Of a stretch of 38,769 nt of DNA, positions 28,726 to 38,769 are shown one piece after another. The notes under the pieces are model-generated. The model was not told the origin of the DNA. It ran no database searches and was given only the letters and a program-made list of their open reading frames with translations. The stretch comes from a virus. Taxonomy: Duplodnaviria; Heunggongvirae; Uroviricota; Caudoviricetes. Each line of letters opens with the position of its first letter. The stretch's first letter is position 1. The stretch is taken from IMG/VR virus record IMGVR_UViG_2778261204_000005, positions 1 through 38,769 of that record; one strand, written 5' to 3'. A program made the position numbers and the translations under genes.

Positions 28726-29204
28726 TGGAAATAAAGCTCATCGATAATCCGGTGAAGCTTGCAGAATTCCTCAACAACCCGGCAAACACGGGAAATATCG
28801 TAGACAGTGGAGATAAATACTACATCAAGCCTGATGCGGTATACCTCGGCATCTACGAAGGATTAGTGCTGGCTGGCGTTCATGAAGTGCGTAACTTCTG
28901 GCATAGCGTTGTTGAATGCCATGCGGTGTACGACCCCGGATTCCGTGGTGAATATGCACTGCAAGGTCATCGATTATTCTGCAAATGGCTTCTCGAAAAC
29001 TCACCATTCCTTAACAGCATCACCATGGTTCCTGACACCACCAAATACGGACGGGCAATTATCCGTTTGCTTGGCGCTACCCGTGTTGGTCACCTTGATG
29101 ATGCTTATACCAGCAATGGAAAGCCTGTAGGCATCACGATTTATCAGTTACCGCGCTCAAAATACGAGGAGCTAAAGAATGTTAATTTTCCAGATTGCCA
29201 ATAA
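28722..29204 (+). CDS. head assembly protein (P22 gp14-type)
   Basis: Position and size. Confidence 0.55.
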   Translation: MMEIKLIDNPVKLAEFLNNPANTGNIVDSGDKYYIKPDAVYLGIYEGLVLAGVHEVRNFWHSVVECHAVYDPGFRGEYALQGHRLFCKWLLENSPFLNSITMVPDTTKYGRAIIRLLGATRVGHLDDAYTSNGKPVGITIYQLPRSKYEELKNVNFPDCQ

Positions 29205-29832
29205 GCACCTCAGCAAAACTGTTTACTGCAAAGGTGGCAGTGATGGCGGTTCAAAAGCCCAGGCACGCGCAACTGAAAAGGGCATCGAACTGCAGCGTGA
29301 AATGTGGCAAACGAACATGCAGAACCTTGCACCGTTCACACCACTCGCTCAGCAGTATGTATCACAGTTGCAAAATCTTTCCTCTCTTCAGGGGCAAGGT
29401 CAGGCGCTTAACCAGTATTACAACTCCCAGCAGTACAAAGACCTTGCAGGTCAGGCTCGCTATCAGAGTCTGGCGGCAGCAGAGGCAACGGGTGGATTAG
29501 GCTCTACAGCAACAGGAAACCAGTTAGCAGCAATCGCGCCTACACTCGGTCAAAACTGGCTGTCAGGTCAGATGAATAACTACAACAATCTGGCAAATAT
29601 CGGCCTTGGCGCTCTTACAGGTCAGGCAAACGCCGGGCAGAACTATGCCAACAACGTCAGCCAATTGTATCAACAGCAAGCGGCAGCATCTGCGGCTAAT
29701 GCGAATAAACCTTCAGGATTTCAGAGCGCCCTTGGTGGAGCGGCAGCAGGTGCAGCTGCAGGTACTGCAATCATGCCTGGTTGGGGTACAGCAATTGGTG
29801 CTGGCGTCGGTCTTCTTGGTTCACTTTTTTAA
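29179..29832 (+). CDS. ejection (internal) protein gp7-type
   Basis: Q/A/G-rich 217-aa protein, first of three ejection-protein genes. Confidence 0.65.
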   Translation: MLIFQIANKHLSKTVYCKGGSDGGSKAQARATEKGIELQREMWQTNMQNLAPFTPLAQQYVSQLQNLSSLQGQGQALNQYYNSQQYKDLAGQARYQSLAAAEATGGLGSTATGNQLAAIAPTLGQNWLSGQMNNYNNLANIGLGALTGQANAGQNYANNVSQLYQQQAAASAANANKPSGFQSALGGAAAGAAAGTAIMPGWGTAIGAGVGLLGSLF

Positions 29833-29844
29833 TGGAGGTGTCTC

Positions 29845-31239
29845 TTGGCTACATGGCAACAGGCTGGTAATTCAGGCGCGCTTCTTGCCGGGTTAGGCGG
29901 CATGAACTCCAACGCTCCAAGAGCAAGTGATGCAGACGCCACGCTTGCATACATTCGACAGAATAACGAGATGGAGCGTTCAGGACGTAATAACGTTGGC
30001 TTGCAGGCTTTGCAGGGCATTTCATCTGTCATGGATATGTATAAGCAGATGGATCAGCAGAAGCGACAGCAAGAGTTTCAGCAGGCTTATGCTGATGCAT
30101 ATACATCTGGTGACCGCGATGCAATGCGAAAACTGGCATCACAGTATCCTGAGCAGTTTGACGCTGTAAGAAACGGCATGAAATTTGTCGATGAAGACCA
30201 GCGTTCCACTGTCGGCACACTGGCAGCAAGTGCCAGACTGGCAGCTTCATCTCCAGAAGCCATGATGTCATGGTTGCAGAACAACTCATCTGAGCTTACT
30301 CGTGCCGGAGTAGATCCTCTGGATGTGGCGAAAATGTATCAGCAAAATCCACAAGGTTTCACAGAGTTTGTTGATCACCTTGGAATGGCTGCGCTTGGTC
30401 CAGAACAATATTTTCAGGCGCAAGACAGAATCGTTGGGCGTGAGATTGATCGCGGAAAACTTGCAGAGACAATCCGCAGCAATCAGGCTGGCGAGGCGCT
30501 AACAGCACGAGGTCAGAACATCACGATGCGCGGTCAGGATTTATCTGCTTCTACTGCGCGACGCGGGCAGGATTTGGCAATGCAGCGAGCGTCAACAAGA
30601 GGAACCACTGGGAGTGATGAGCGTACAGTTCAGTTATCAGATGGCAGAACTGTAACGGTTGGCGGGAAACTTCACGGCGCTGGGGCAAATGCGTTCTACG
30701 AAGGCATCGACAACGAGGGGAATATGGTTCGCGTTCCTGCCAGTTCAATCGCAGCGCCTGCAACATCGTCTGCATCAGCACAAAACTATGCCATGAAGAA
30801 GGATATCGACGCGATCGCAAATGCAGACGCTTCTGCTCTCGATTTCATGACAGGAATGACCGGCGGCGCAGGTAACCCGGCAATTGGTGCTGATGTTCGC
30901 AGCCGATTAACAGGAAAAGAGCAGCGCCAGTTATATAACTCAGCACAACGTATTCAGGGCAGAATGCAGAATCAGGGTGTGGCGGCAGCAAGGGACATGG
31001 GGGCCAGTGGTATTAACACCGTTGCAGAAGCGAAGATGTATTTTCAGGGGATGCCGCAGGTTGACTATTCAAGCCCGGAGGCTATGCAGCAGTCGATTCG
31101 TGAGATTCAGGAATACACCAACAATTACAACCAACAATATAACGTTAATGTTGGTAAATCTCAGCGGCAGCAATCTCAACCTGCACAGGTATCACAGCCA
31201 GCAGCCAGCAGTAACTTTTCTTCACTATGGGGTGATTAA
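29845..31239 (+). CDS. ejection protein gp20-type
   Basis: 464 aa, position. Confidence 0.65.
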   Translation: MATWQQAGNSGALLAGLGGMNSNAPRASDADATLAYIRQNNEMERSGRNNVGLQALQGISSVMDMYKQMDQQKRQQEFQQAYADAYTSGDRDAMRKLASQYPEQFDAVRNGMKFVDEDQRSTVGTLAASARLAASSPEAMMSWLQNNSSELTRAGVDPLDVAKMYQQNPQGFTEFVDHLGMAALGPEQYFQAQDRIVGREIDRGKLAETIRSNQAGEALTARGQNITMRGQDLSASTARRGQDLAMQRASTRGTTGSDERTVQLSDGRTVTVGGKLHGAGANAFYEGIDNEGNMVRVPASSIAAPATSSASAQNYAMKKDIDAIANADASALDFMTGMTGGAGNPAIGADVRSRLTGKEQRQLYNSAQRIQGRMQNQGVAAARDMGASGINTVAEAKMYFQGMPQVDYSSPEAMQQSIREIQEYTNNYNQQYNVNVGKSQRQQSQPAQVSQPAASSNFSSLWGD

Positions 31240-33236
31240 TGGCTAAAGCATGGAAAGATGTTATCGCCTCTCCACAGTATCAGGCGTTAGCACCAGAACA
31301 AAAAGCGCAGGCTCAGGAGCAATACTTCAATGAAGTCGTGGCCCCGCAAGCCGGAGAAAATGCAGAGCAGGCTAAGCAAGCTTTCTATGCAGCCTATCCA
31401 TTGCCATCCGTGCAGCCAGTGGAGACACAGCAACCAGTAGCACAGCAACAACCACAGCAAAGTGGATTTATGTCTGATCTTGGCGAAGCAGTAAAAGAGA
31501 CTGGTCGCGGACTGGTGCAGGCTGGCGTGAACGTGGCAAACATACCTGCATCAGTTGCCGATGCTGTAACAAGCGCGGCGGCTTGGGCTGGCGGTAAACT
31601 CGGCATTGGCGATGGGACATATCAACCAGCGCCACGAGTAACAACGCAGGGATTAGAGCAGGACTTTGGCCTTCAGCAAGGCGCGCTGACTCCACAAACT
31701 ACAGAGGGCAGGGTATTTGCTGAGGCATTGCCTTACCTCACTCCTGCTGGCATTGAGAGAGCGGCAACACAGGCACCAACACTCGCTGGTAGAATCGCTC
31801 AGGGTGCAACTCGCCTTCTCGCTGAAAACGCAGTCGGGTCACTTGCTGCAAATAGTGCGAAAGATGATGCGGAAGCACTCGCTACCGATTTAGGCGTTGG
31901 CGTTCTGGCTGGCGGCGCTATTAACGCTGCCGGACGTGGATTAGGCGCTGCTTATCGTGGCGTTCGTGGTGCTATTGCACCAGAAGCGCAGCAGGCTATC
32001 AGATTTGCAGAGCGTGAAGGAATTCCTCTGCACACCACAGACCTGTTACAACCAACTTCCCGCGTCGGAAAAATGGCGCAGACTACAGCAGAAAATATCC
32101 CTCTGGCTGGCACAAGCGGAATGAGAGCAACGCAACAGGAAGCGAGAAGCCAGCTGGTGCAGAGATTTGCCGATAAATTCGGTGAGTATGATCCAGCGGT
32201 TGTTATTGACAGCCTTAAAGCGAAAACATCAGGAATTCGTCGTGCCGCCGGTAATCGACTGGAGCAGGTTCAGAATGCTATGGCTGGAGTAAACATTCAG
32301 CCTGCGCGAGCAATTCAGCAGATTGATACAGAAATATCTAATCTGCAGAAGCTTGGTAAGGTCGCTGATAACGAGACTATTTCAAAACTTCAGTCATATC
32401 GTGATGAGCTTGTTCGCAATGCTGGTCCTGATGGTCCGGTAAATCTGGACTTGAAGCAATTAAGCGATCTGCGCAGCCAGTTCAGAATGGACGTGAAGGG
32501 TGAGCGACCAGTGTTACCAAACCGTTCCGATGCCGCCATTCAGCGCGTTTACAAGGCGATGACCGACGATATCAATGGTGCCATTGGTCAGAATCTTGGC
32601 AACGATACTCTCCGTAAATATCAGCAGGCCAATGCCGTCTACGCTGACGAAGCGGCGAAACTCAAGAATACCAGGCTGAAGAATGTTCTCATGAAAGGCG
32701 ATCTGACGCCGGAAGTTGTCAACAACATGCTATTCAGCAAGAACAAATCTGAAATTAAGACGCTGTATAACTCAGTTGGTCGTGTTGGCAGGGCGCAAAT
32801 GCGCAATGGCATCATTGGAAAGGCGATGGAGAAATCTGGCGGATCCCCTGACCAGTTCCTTCGGCAGCTTAACATCCTGCAAAACCAGACTGGCATCACA
32901 TTTAAAGGTCAGGAAGCCGCTTATCTGAAAGGATTGAAAAACTACCTGCAATCCACGCAGCAGGCTGCAAAAGCGGCAGTAACAACACCAACAGGGCAGC
33001 AAACCATCCCGTTCATTATCGGATATGGGACAGCAATGAACCCTGCGACAACTGGCGCAGCGGTAAGCTACGGACTTCTTACTCGCGCCTATGAGAGCGA
33101 GCCATTCAGAAATGCAATGCTCCGAATGGCAAACACACCACGCGGATCAACAGCGTTTGAGAAAGCCATGCAGCATGCGCAAAAGGCCATTAACGCTCTG
33201 ACTCAGGGTGCCAAGTCTGATGCGTTGTCAGAATAG
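31239..33236 (+). CDS. ejection protein gp16-type
   Basis: 665 aa, position. Confidence 0.65.
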   Translation: MAKAWKDVIASPQYQALAPEQKAQAQEQYFNEVVAPQAGENAEQAKQAFYAAYPLPSVQPVETQQPVAQQQPQQSGFMSDLGEAVKETGRGLVQAGVNVANIPASVADAVTSAAAWAGGKLGIGDGTYQPAPRVTTQGLEQDFGLQQGALTPQTTEGRVFAEALPYLTPAGIERAATQAPTLAGRIAQGATRLLAENAVGSLAANSAKDDAEALATDLGVGVLAGGAINAAGRGLGAAYRGVRGAIAPEAQQAIRFAEREGIPLHTTDLLQPTSRVGKMAQTTAENIPLAGTSGMRATQQEARSQLVQRFADKFGEYDPAVVIDSLKAKTSGIRRAAGNRLEQVQNAMAGVNIQPARAIQQIDTEISNLQKLGKVADNETISKLQSYRDELVRNAGPDGPVNLDLKQLSDLRSQFRMDVKGERPVLPNRSDAAIQRVYKAMTDDINGAIGQNLGNDTLRKYQQANAVYADEAAKLKNTRLKNVLMKGDLTPEVVNNMLFSKNKSEIKTLYNSVGRVGRAQMRNGIIGKAMEKSGGSPDQFLRQLNILQNQTGITFKGQEAAYLKGLKNYLQSTQQAAKAAVTTPTGQQTIPFIIGYGTAMNPATTGAAVSYGLLTRAYESEPFRNAMLRMANTPRGSTAFEKAMQHAQKAINALTQGAKSDALSE

Positions 33237-33325
33237 CTTCGCAAACACCAGGAACGTGCAAAAACCAAATATGTAGAACGCAATATTCAGCATATCTCTT
33301 TGCATAAATCCTCCGTAACTGATGG

Positions 33326-33586
33326 TTAGCTGCTGTCTTTTTTATATAGCTCTTTGAGCGTATCAAAGACAATTTTCTTAACCATATCAGATTGTTGTTC
33401 TGCCATACGCTCTGCATCGTCAATGTAAACGGATGCAGAGCTTTGTTTAGCCAACGATTCTTCAATCGCTGCAATTATCTCTGAGTTCAGCGACCTGTTA
33501 TTCATCTTCGCACGCTGTTTAATTTTCGCGTGGAGTTCATGCGGAAGTCTCAAGTGAAACTGCGCCTCGTCGTATTTGCTGTACAT
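33326..33586 (-). CDS. mnt: Mnt-like ribbon-helix-helix repressor (Arc/MetJ family)
   Basis: FHLRLPHELHAKIKQRAKMNNRSLNSEIIAAIEESL and C-terminal DAERMAEQQSDMVKKIVFDTLKELYKK resemble P22 Mnt; start at internal ATG. Confidence 0.7.
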   Translation of the reverse strand: MYSKYDEAQFHLRLPHELHAKIKQRAKMNNRSLNSEIIAAIEESLAKQSSASVYIDDAERMAEQQSDMVKKIVFDTLKELYKKDSS

Positions 33587-33707
33587 CCTTGATGCCTCAC
33601 CAGTTGGGTGGAATGGCATCGTAACCTACTGGATAAATACTCAATAGTACCATTTCGGTATGCAATCACATCATGGTTGCATCATATCATTCGTCTGGAG
33701 CAATGAA

Positions 33708-35924
33708 ATGTCAGATATCACCGCCAATGTTGTGGTCAGCATGCCTTCGCAACTCTTCACTATGGCTCGTTCTTTTAAAGCCGTAGCCAATGGCAAAATT
33801 TATATCGGTAAAATTGACACTGACCCGGTAAATCCTGAAAACCAGATTCAGGTTTATGTGGAAAACGAAGACGGCTCTCACGTTCCTGTTTCGCAACCAA
33901 TCATCATTAACGCTGCTGGTTACCCTGTATATAATGGACAGATTACCAAGTTCGTAACTGAGCAAGGCCATTCTATGGCTGTTTATGATGCGTATGGGGC
34001 GCAGCAGTTTTATTTCCCTAATGTGCTGAAGTATGACCCTGATCAGTTCAGTCAGCAATTAGCTTCATTTGACCCTCCAGGAACAAACCTGATTGGTACC
34101 AAGGGCGGTGTTAATCTCACGCAATACCTTGATCGTGTATTCATGTTTATCGACGATCTGCCTGGCGTAGATAAGACGGGCGTTCTTGATAGCTCTGCAG
34201 CGCTAAACACCGCCATCACCACCTACAGCGGCGTGGGTGTGGAGTTTATTGGCAATCCATCCAGTACGTATCTCCTTACCGGCACCGTACAATGCATTGG
34301 AGTCAGTAATATCACGCTGAACTTCAATGGCGCGAAGATAATGGATAACGTCCAGGGTTTTATCCCAACTTCTGGTAACCGCGCAAACCACACTTTTGTA
34401 GTTTACAACGCTAAAAAAATTCGTATCACAAACTTTGTTTATGATGTAGCCCCCACCCGCGCCGACGCCACGTTAAGCAACCCGTCCGCACCGTCAACGG
34501 TAATGCTTTGGGTGGGGGGGCAATACCTTGGCAGTGCAATGACAAGTGATGTTGAAATAGATCGCATCTACAACGTGGAAAATAAGGGGCTCAATAACGG
34601 GTTCGTTATCTGCGGGATGGGTGAGCTCGACGGCATCCACGTACATGACTGCCTGATAAAAGGTGGCGCGTGGAAATTTGGTTGTAACTTCGAATACGGT
34701 CTTGCACCTGTAGACCCAGCAACTAATTCAACACTAACTAACGGCCTTCACCCGTACAATATCTACGTAGAGCGATTTAACGTTGAGAATGTTCCTACTT
34801 GCGACGGTTGGTGGCGTACAGCATCTTGTTATAATGCTAAGTTCATAAACTGCACCGCGTATAACACACGCTCTCCGATTTATGTCTATTCGGGGGATAG
34901 GGGGATAACACGATACTCGCAGAACGTAACATTTGAAAACGTAAAGACTAAATATAGTGATGATGTCACATACACCAATGCCAGTGTACAGGTTATTATC
35001 ACGGATAAAGATGGCTCTACGGGGGACACGCTGCCGTCATGGTCAAACTTCGACCATACGTTTATGTTTATAAACTGTGAAATCGGCTCCACTAGAGGAG
35101 CAAACTCCAGTTCATATCGTGTATTCGGCAACATGGGTAAGGTGCATGTCATAGGGGGTATTGTAGAGAACTCCTACTTTGGGGCGCACTGTCAACCATC
35201 GCTCAATCCGACATTCCTGTCTGATGGGGCTATTATTTTCGAAGGAGTAGTATTCAAAAATTGCTTCCAGTTCCTACGCATGGGCGGGGTAAAAGGCTGG
35301 CGTGTCGAAAATTGTACATTTAAACGACATTTATGGGGTTCCACTAGCGCGGCGCAAGTAGACCCAGCCGTATTTTTCAACGGTACAACTGGTCTTCTTA
35401 GGGGTAATACCTGGAACGCACTATCAACTGGTAGTGGGGCGACATGGTATCTTAATTGCCAATCTAGTACCATTCGCATGCGGGATAATGACTTCACGTG
35501 TCCGTCTGTTTATAACTTCCCGGTTATATGGTCGTCTGTGCTGCCGGTGTTAATCGGTAATGGTAACTTGTCCAATACCACATACCTTATTAGCCCCGAT
35601 GTTAACTCCCCGGCCATCTACGGTGAACCTTGTCCGTCCAAAACACTGGAGTCGATAACCGGGTCCGCAATTAACTTCAATATATCAAGTATTTGGACCG
35701 CTAGCGGGACTAAGACCATTAACTCCATCACCGGCGGCAAGCCAGGAGATAAAGTTATCATAAACCCGACGACGGGAGCGGCAAACGTCACATTTGAGTT
35801 TGGTACGGTCACCGGTGAAAACCGCATAGTTCCTCGTACCGTAGCCACCGAGGTAAAAACAGGCACGGGATGGTCAAAAACATTTATCAAGATGTCAGGA
35901 GCACAAGGATGGTGGGAAGTGTAG
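33708..35924 (+). CDS. tailspike protein: P22-type N-terminal head-binding domain fused to a distinct beta-helix receptor-binding domain
   Basis: [47 protein letters not shown] matches P22 gp9 N-terminus; remainder is G/N/T-rich; GGAG RBS. Confidence 0.85.
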   Translation: MSDITANVVVSMPSQLFTMARSFKAVANGKIYIGKIDTDPVNPENQIQVYVENEDGSHVPVSQPIIINAAGYPVYNGQITKFVTEQGHSMAVYDAYGAQQFYFPNVLKYDPDQFSQQLASFDPPGTNLIGTKGGVNLTQYLDRVFMFIDDLPGVDKTGVLDSSAALNTAITTYSGVGVEFIGNPSSTYLLTGTVQCIGVSNITLNFNGAKIMDNVQGFIPTSGNRANHTFVVYNAKKIRITNFVYDVAPTRADATLSNPSAPSTVMLWVGGQYLGSAMTSDVEIDRIYNVENKGLNNGFVICGMGELDGIHVHDCLIKGGAWKFGCNFEYGLAPVDPATNSTLTNGLHPYNIYVERFNVENVPTCDGWWRTASCYNAKFINCTAYNTRSPIYVYSGDRGITRYSQNVTFENVKTKYSDDVTYTNASVQVIITDKDGSTGDTLPSWSNFDHTFMFINCEIGSTRGANSSSYRVFGNMGKVHVIGGIVENSYFGAHCQPSLNPTFLSDGAIIFEGVVFKNCFQFLRMGGVKGWRVENCTFKRHLWGSTSAAQVDPAVFFNGTTGLLRGNTWNALSTGSGATWYLNCQSSTIRMRDNDFTCPSVYNFPVIWSSVLPVLIGNGNLSNTTYLISPDVNSPAIYGEPCPSKTLESITGSAINFNISSIWTASGTKTINSITGGKPGDKVIINPTTGAANVTFEFGTVTGENRIVPRTVATEVKTGTGWSKTFIKMSGAQGWWEV

Positions 35925-35929
35925 AGCGT

Positions 35930-35953
35930 AAGGGGTGGGCACCCCTTATATTT
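35930..35953 (+). terminator. terminator-like hairpin after tailspike
   Basis: AAGGGG-loop-CCCCTT followed by AT-rich tract. Confidence 0.5.
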
Positions 35954-35998
35954 ACTTAGCCTGATACAAATCACCACCGTATCCGAACCACCATATAA

Positions 35999-36334
<336 letters not shown>

Positions 36335-36367
36335 CTCGGTGGCCAGTTTTTGTTGACCACTTCAGGA

Positions 36368-37525
36368 TCACTCTACCTTCCCATCAAGACAGTCTGCCCA
36401 CCACTGCATCATTTCTCTGCGTTTATCGAGATACTGAGCATGGTTGTAAATCCCGCGCACAGATCCGCCGTTGGCATGTGCCAGTTGCACTTCAATAGCA
36501 TCAGCAGGCCATTCGTGCTCGTTCATAATTGTGCTGAATTCATGCCTGAATCCGTGACCGCTTTCCAGACCCTCATAGCCGATTTGTTTGATCACAAGCA
36601 GCACCGCGTTCTCGCAGATCGGCTTCTTCTTATCGTTGCGCCCGGCAAAAACAAACTCTGATACTGGTTTGGTGATTGAGCTTAGCGTAGTGAGAAGTTC
36701 AACCACCTGGTCTGACATCGGGACCACATGAATTTTGCGTCCCTTCATCACACTGGCGTCAATGGTGATAATCCTGTTTTCAAAATCGACGTTCTTCCAT
36801 AGCATGGAACGAAGCTCTTTTGTTCTGAGGGCTGTGTAGCGTAAAACTTTGGTCGCAATGAGCGATACGATGCTTCCTGAAAATGTTGCCAGTGCTTTGT
36901 TGAATGCCGGGATCTGGTCTGCAGGAAGAAACGGGAAGTTCTTCTTGCGGTATCCCTTCATGGCGTCAGCAAGGTCAGGTGCCGGGTTATATTTAGCCCT
37001 ACCAGTAACAATAGCGTAACGGAAAACCTCGCCGCATCTTCTGCGTGCTTTGTTGGCTCGCTCCATTGCGCCGCGATCTTCAAATCTGCGGATTACTTCC
37101 AGCAGTTGCATCGGCTCAATATCCTGAATTTCAAGACCGCCGATGATGGGTAAAATGTCGTCATCAAACATTTTGGCAAGTTCAGTTGCATAGCCTACTG
37201 ACCAGACTTGCTTCTTGTGCTCGTACCATTCCTTGTAAATCGCACTAAATGAATTGTTGTTAGACGAAGCCTTTTTCGCCTTTACCGGATCGATGCCAAC
37301 CGAGATGTCTTTCCTCGCAGTCCATGCCTTATCCCTTGCTTCCTGCAAAGTCATAAGCGGATATTTTCCGACAGTCAGGATTTTCTCCTTACCGTCAATC
37401 TTGTAGCGAAGCTGCCATACCTTTTTCCCTGACACAGGGACATAAAGGTACAGGCCATTACCATCGAGAAGGCGGTATGGTTTTTCTTTCGGCTTTGCTG
37501 CTTCAATCTGCTTAACGGTGAGCAT
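36368..37525 (-). CDS. intS: tyrosine integrase, IntS (KplE1/CPS-53-type)
   Basis: Catalytic C-terminal region (HGFRHEF, HANGGSVRGIY); start set at ATG (MLTVKQIEAAKPKEKPYRL) to give the 385-aa length recalled for K-12 IntS; track ORF extends to 37561 from a GTG. Confidence 0.9.
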   Translation of the reverse strand: MLTVKQIEAAKPKEKPYRLLDGNGLYLYVPVSGKKVWQLRYKIDGKEKILTVGKYPLMTLQEARDKAWTARKDISVGIDPVKAKKASSNNNSFSAIYKEWYEHKKQVWSVGYATELAKMFDDDILPIIGGLEIQDIEPMQLLEVIRRFEDRGAMERANKARRRCGEVFRYAIVTGRAKYNPAPDLADAMKGYRKKNFPFLPADQIPAFNKALATFSGSIVSLIATKVLRYTALRTKELRSMLWKNVDFENRIITIDASVMKGRKIHVVPMSDQVVELLTTLSSITKPVSEFVFAGRNDKKKPICENAVLLVIKQIGYEGLESGHGFRHEFSTIMNEHEWPADAIEVQLAHANGGSVRGIYNHAQYLDKRREMMQWWADCLDGKVE

Positions 37526-37686
37526 GGGTAAAAATCCGGTGGGTAAAATTATTTTATCCACTTTTTACCCGTCATGGAGTGCGGCTGTCAACGATCTGAC
37601 GCGAACCATGACGAACTGTGAATCTACGGGAGGCTTGATATCCAGGGGATTTTGCGGACTGGTACGGATGGGAGCGAACTGATAAA

Positions 37687-37761
37687 TGGTGTCCCCTGCA
37701 GGAATCGAACCTGCAATTAGCCCTTAGGAGGGGCTCGTTATATCCATTTAACTAAGAGGAC
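37687..37761 (-). tRNA. argW: tRNA-Arg (anticodon CCU), argW-type; its 3' end is attR
   Basis: 75-nt cloverleaf read on minus strand: acceptor stem GTCCTCT/AGGGGAC, anticodon loop CT-CCT-AA, T-arm GGTTCGATTCC, 3' ACCA. Confidence 0.9.
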
Positions 37762-37836
37762 AATGCGGCATGAGTATACCCGCTAATGGACTGCGGGGTA
37801 AGTACGCTGCCGCTCGATTGCTTAAACCCTCGCCAT

Positions 37837-38769
37837 TTATGCTGGGTTTTTATCATTTTTCTTAATGTTTTCCGCACGTTCTGCTTTTTGGCGTGCTTCT
37901 GCTTTACGCTTGTTGCTCATGTCGTTACGAATCTGTGCATGACTCATTAACGCGAAGATAAAGGTGCCGCCGCAGATGTTCCCCGCTAAAGTAGGTAGTG
38001 CGAAGGGCCAGATGAAATCGCTCCAGTGCAGCGTGCCGTTAAACACCAGATAGAGGATTTCAACAGAACCGACAACGATGTGGGTGGTGTCACCCAGTGC
38101 AATAAGCCAGGTCATCAATATAATCACCACAATCTTTGCCGCACCCGCAGCAGGAAACATCCAAACCATAGTGGCGATCAGCCAGCCGGAAATGATCGCG
38201 TTGGCAAACATCTCGCTGGGGGTGTTCTTCATCACATCCATGCCGATTTTGACAAATGCATCGCGAGTTTCTTCATTGAAGATAGGCATATATTCAAATG
38301 CCCATGCAGCAATACCTGTCCCGAGAATATTACCCAGCAGCACGACGCCCCATAATCGCATAAGTAAGCCGACGTTGCTCATTGTCGGTTTTTGCATGAC
38401 GGGTAGTACCGCAGTCACGGTGTTTTCGGTAAATAATTGCTGGCGGGCCATAATGACGATAATAAAACCAAAGGTATAACCGAGATTCTCCAGTAAGAAG
38501 CTGCCTGGCACTCCTTCCAGTTCGACATGAAATATCCCTTTTGCCAGTAGCGAAGCGCCCATCGACAGACCCGCCGCAATGGCTGACCACAGTAGCGCCA
38601 TTGCGTCGCGTTCCAGCTCTTTTTCACCATCCTGGCGGATATGCTCATGAATTGCCATCGCCCGGGAGGGGAGTCGGTCTTCATCTATTTCTATTTTTTT
38701 GCCGCGCTCTTTTTCTTCGCTCTCAACTTCAATTTCGTCGCTGTGTTGATCAATTTTGTCGTTGTCCAT
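37837..38769 (-). CDS. yfdC: FNT (formate/nitrite transporter) family inner-membrane protein YfdC
   Basis: 310-aa ORF recognised as YfdC; neighbour of argW in E. coli K-12. Confidence 0.85.
   Translation of the reverse strand: MDNDKIDQHSDEIEVESEEKERGKKIEIDEDRLPSRAMAIHEHIRQDGEKELERDAMALLWSAIAAGLSMGASLLAKGIFHVELEGVPGSFLLENLGYTFGFIIVIMARQQLFTENTVTAVLPVMQKPTMSNVGLLMRLWGVVLLGNILGTGIAAWAFEYMPIFNEETRDAFVKIGMDVMKNTPSEMFANAIISGWLIATMVWMFPAAGAAKIVVIILMTWLIALGDTTHIVVGSVEILYLVFNGTLHWSDFIWPFALPTLAGNICGGTFIFALMSHAQIRNDMSNKRKAEARQKAERAENIKKNDKNPA

Noticed and set aside
21483-35152. Short ORFs on either strand nested inside structural genes (e.g. 23009..23461 -, 26550..26768 -, 28320..28667 -, 30029..30289 -, 32639..32899 -, 33711..34058 -)
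   Set aside because: Embedded within long, well-supported virion genes, no independent translation signals; typical of spurious ORFs in coding sequence.

Overview
The window is an Escherichia/Shigella-type chromosomal locus in which a complete ~36 kb Sf6/P22-like, lambdoid-mosaic prophage sits in the 3' end of the tRNA-Arg(CCU) gene (argW-type site). Flanking host genes are a LacY-type sucrose permease (cscB-like, 1..1248) on the left and an FNT-family membrane protein (yfdC-like, 37837..38769) on the right. The prophage runs from an attL core (~1690..1704, the last 15 nt of the tRNA) to the intact tRNA/attR (37687..37761). Gene order: torI-type excisionase; a leftward early operon (accessory genes, Sak4 plus SSB-like recombination pair, cIII, kil, a small membrane protein, N); an immunity region (cI-like repressor plus an AT-rich 98-aa membrane ORF, cro, lambda-type cII, ATAAC-N4-GTTAT operators, nutL/nutR); replication (O-like initiator with internal iterons, DnaB-like helicase); a nin region (NinB/D/E/F, Rha-type antirepressor, YbcO-like, RusA, NinH); Q antiterminator with PR'/tR'; a lambda-type lysis cassette (S, R, Rz/Rz1); an accessory island before the terminase; Sf6-type terS/terL, portal, scaffold, coat, gp4/gp10/needle/gp14, ejection proteins gp7/gp20/gp16, an orphan mnt, tailspike, an IS3-family transposase remnant, and an IntS-type integrase. 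Integrase and excisionase lie at opposite ends, as in KplE1/CPS-53. All calls rest on reading the supplied six-frame translations and the DNA by eye and on recalled family signatures; no database search was run. Coordinates of non-coding elements are good to about +/-2 nt. The best candidates for uncharacterised accessory or defence/anti-defence functions are the cI-linked 98-aa membrane ORF, the N-linked 140-aa membrane ORF, the two-domain ORF after the lysis cassette (C-terminal half recalled as DUF2829/Tad2-like), and a pair of paralogous 23-codon ORFs flanking an 80-aa ORF just upstream of terS.
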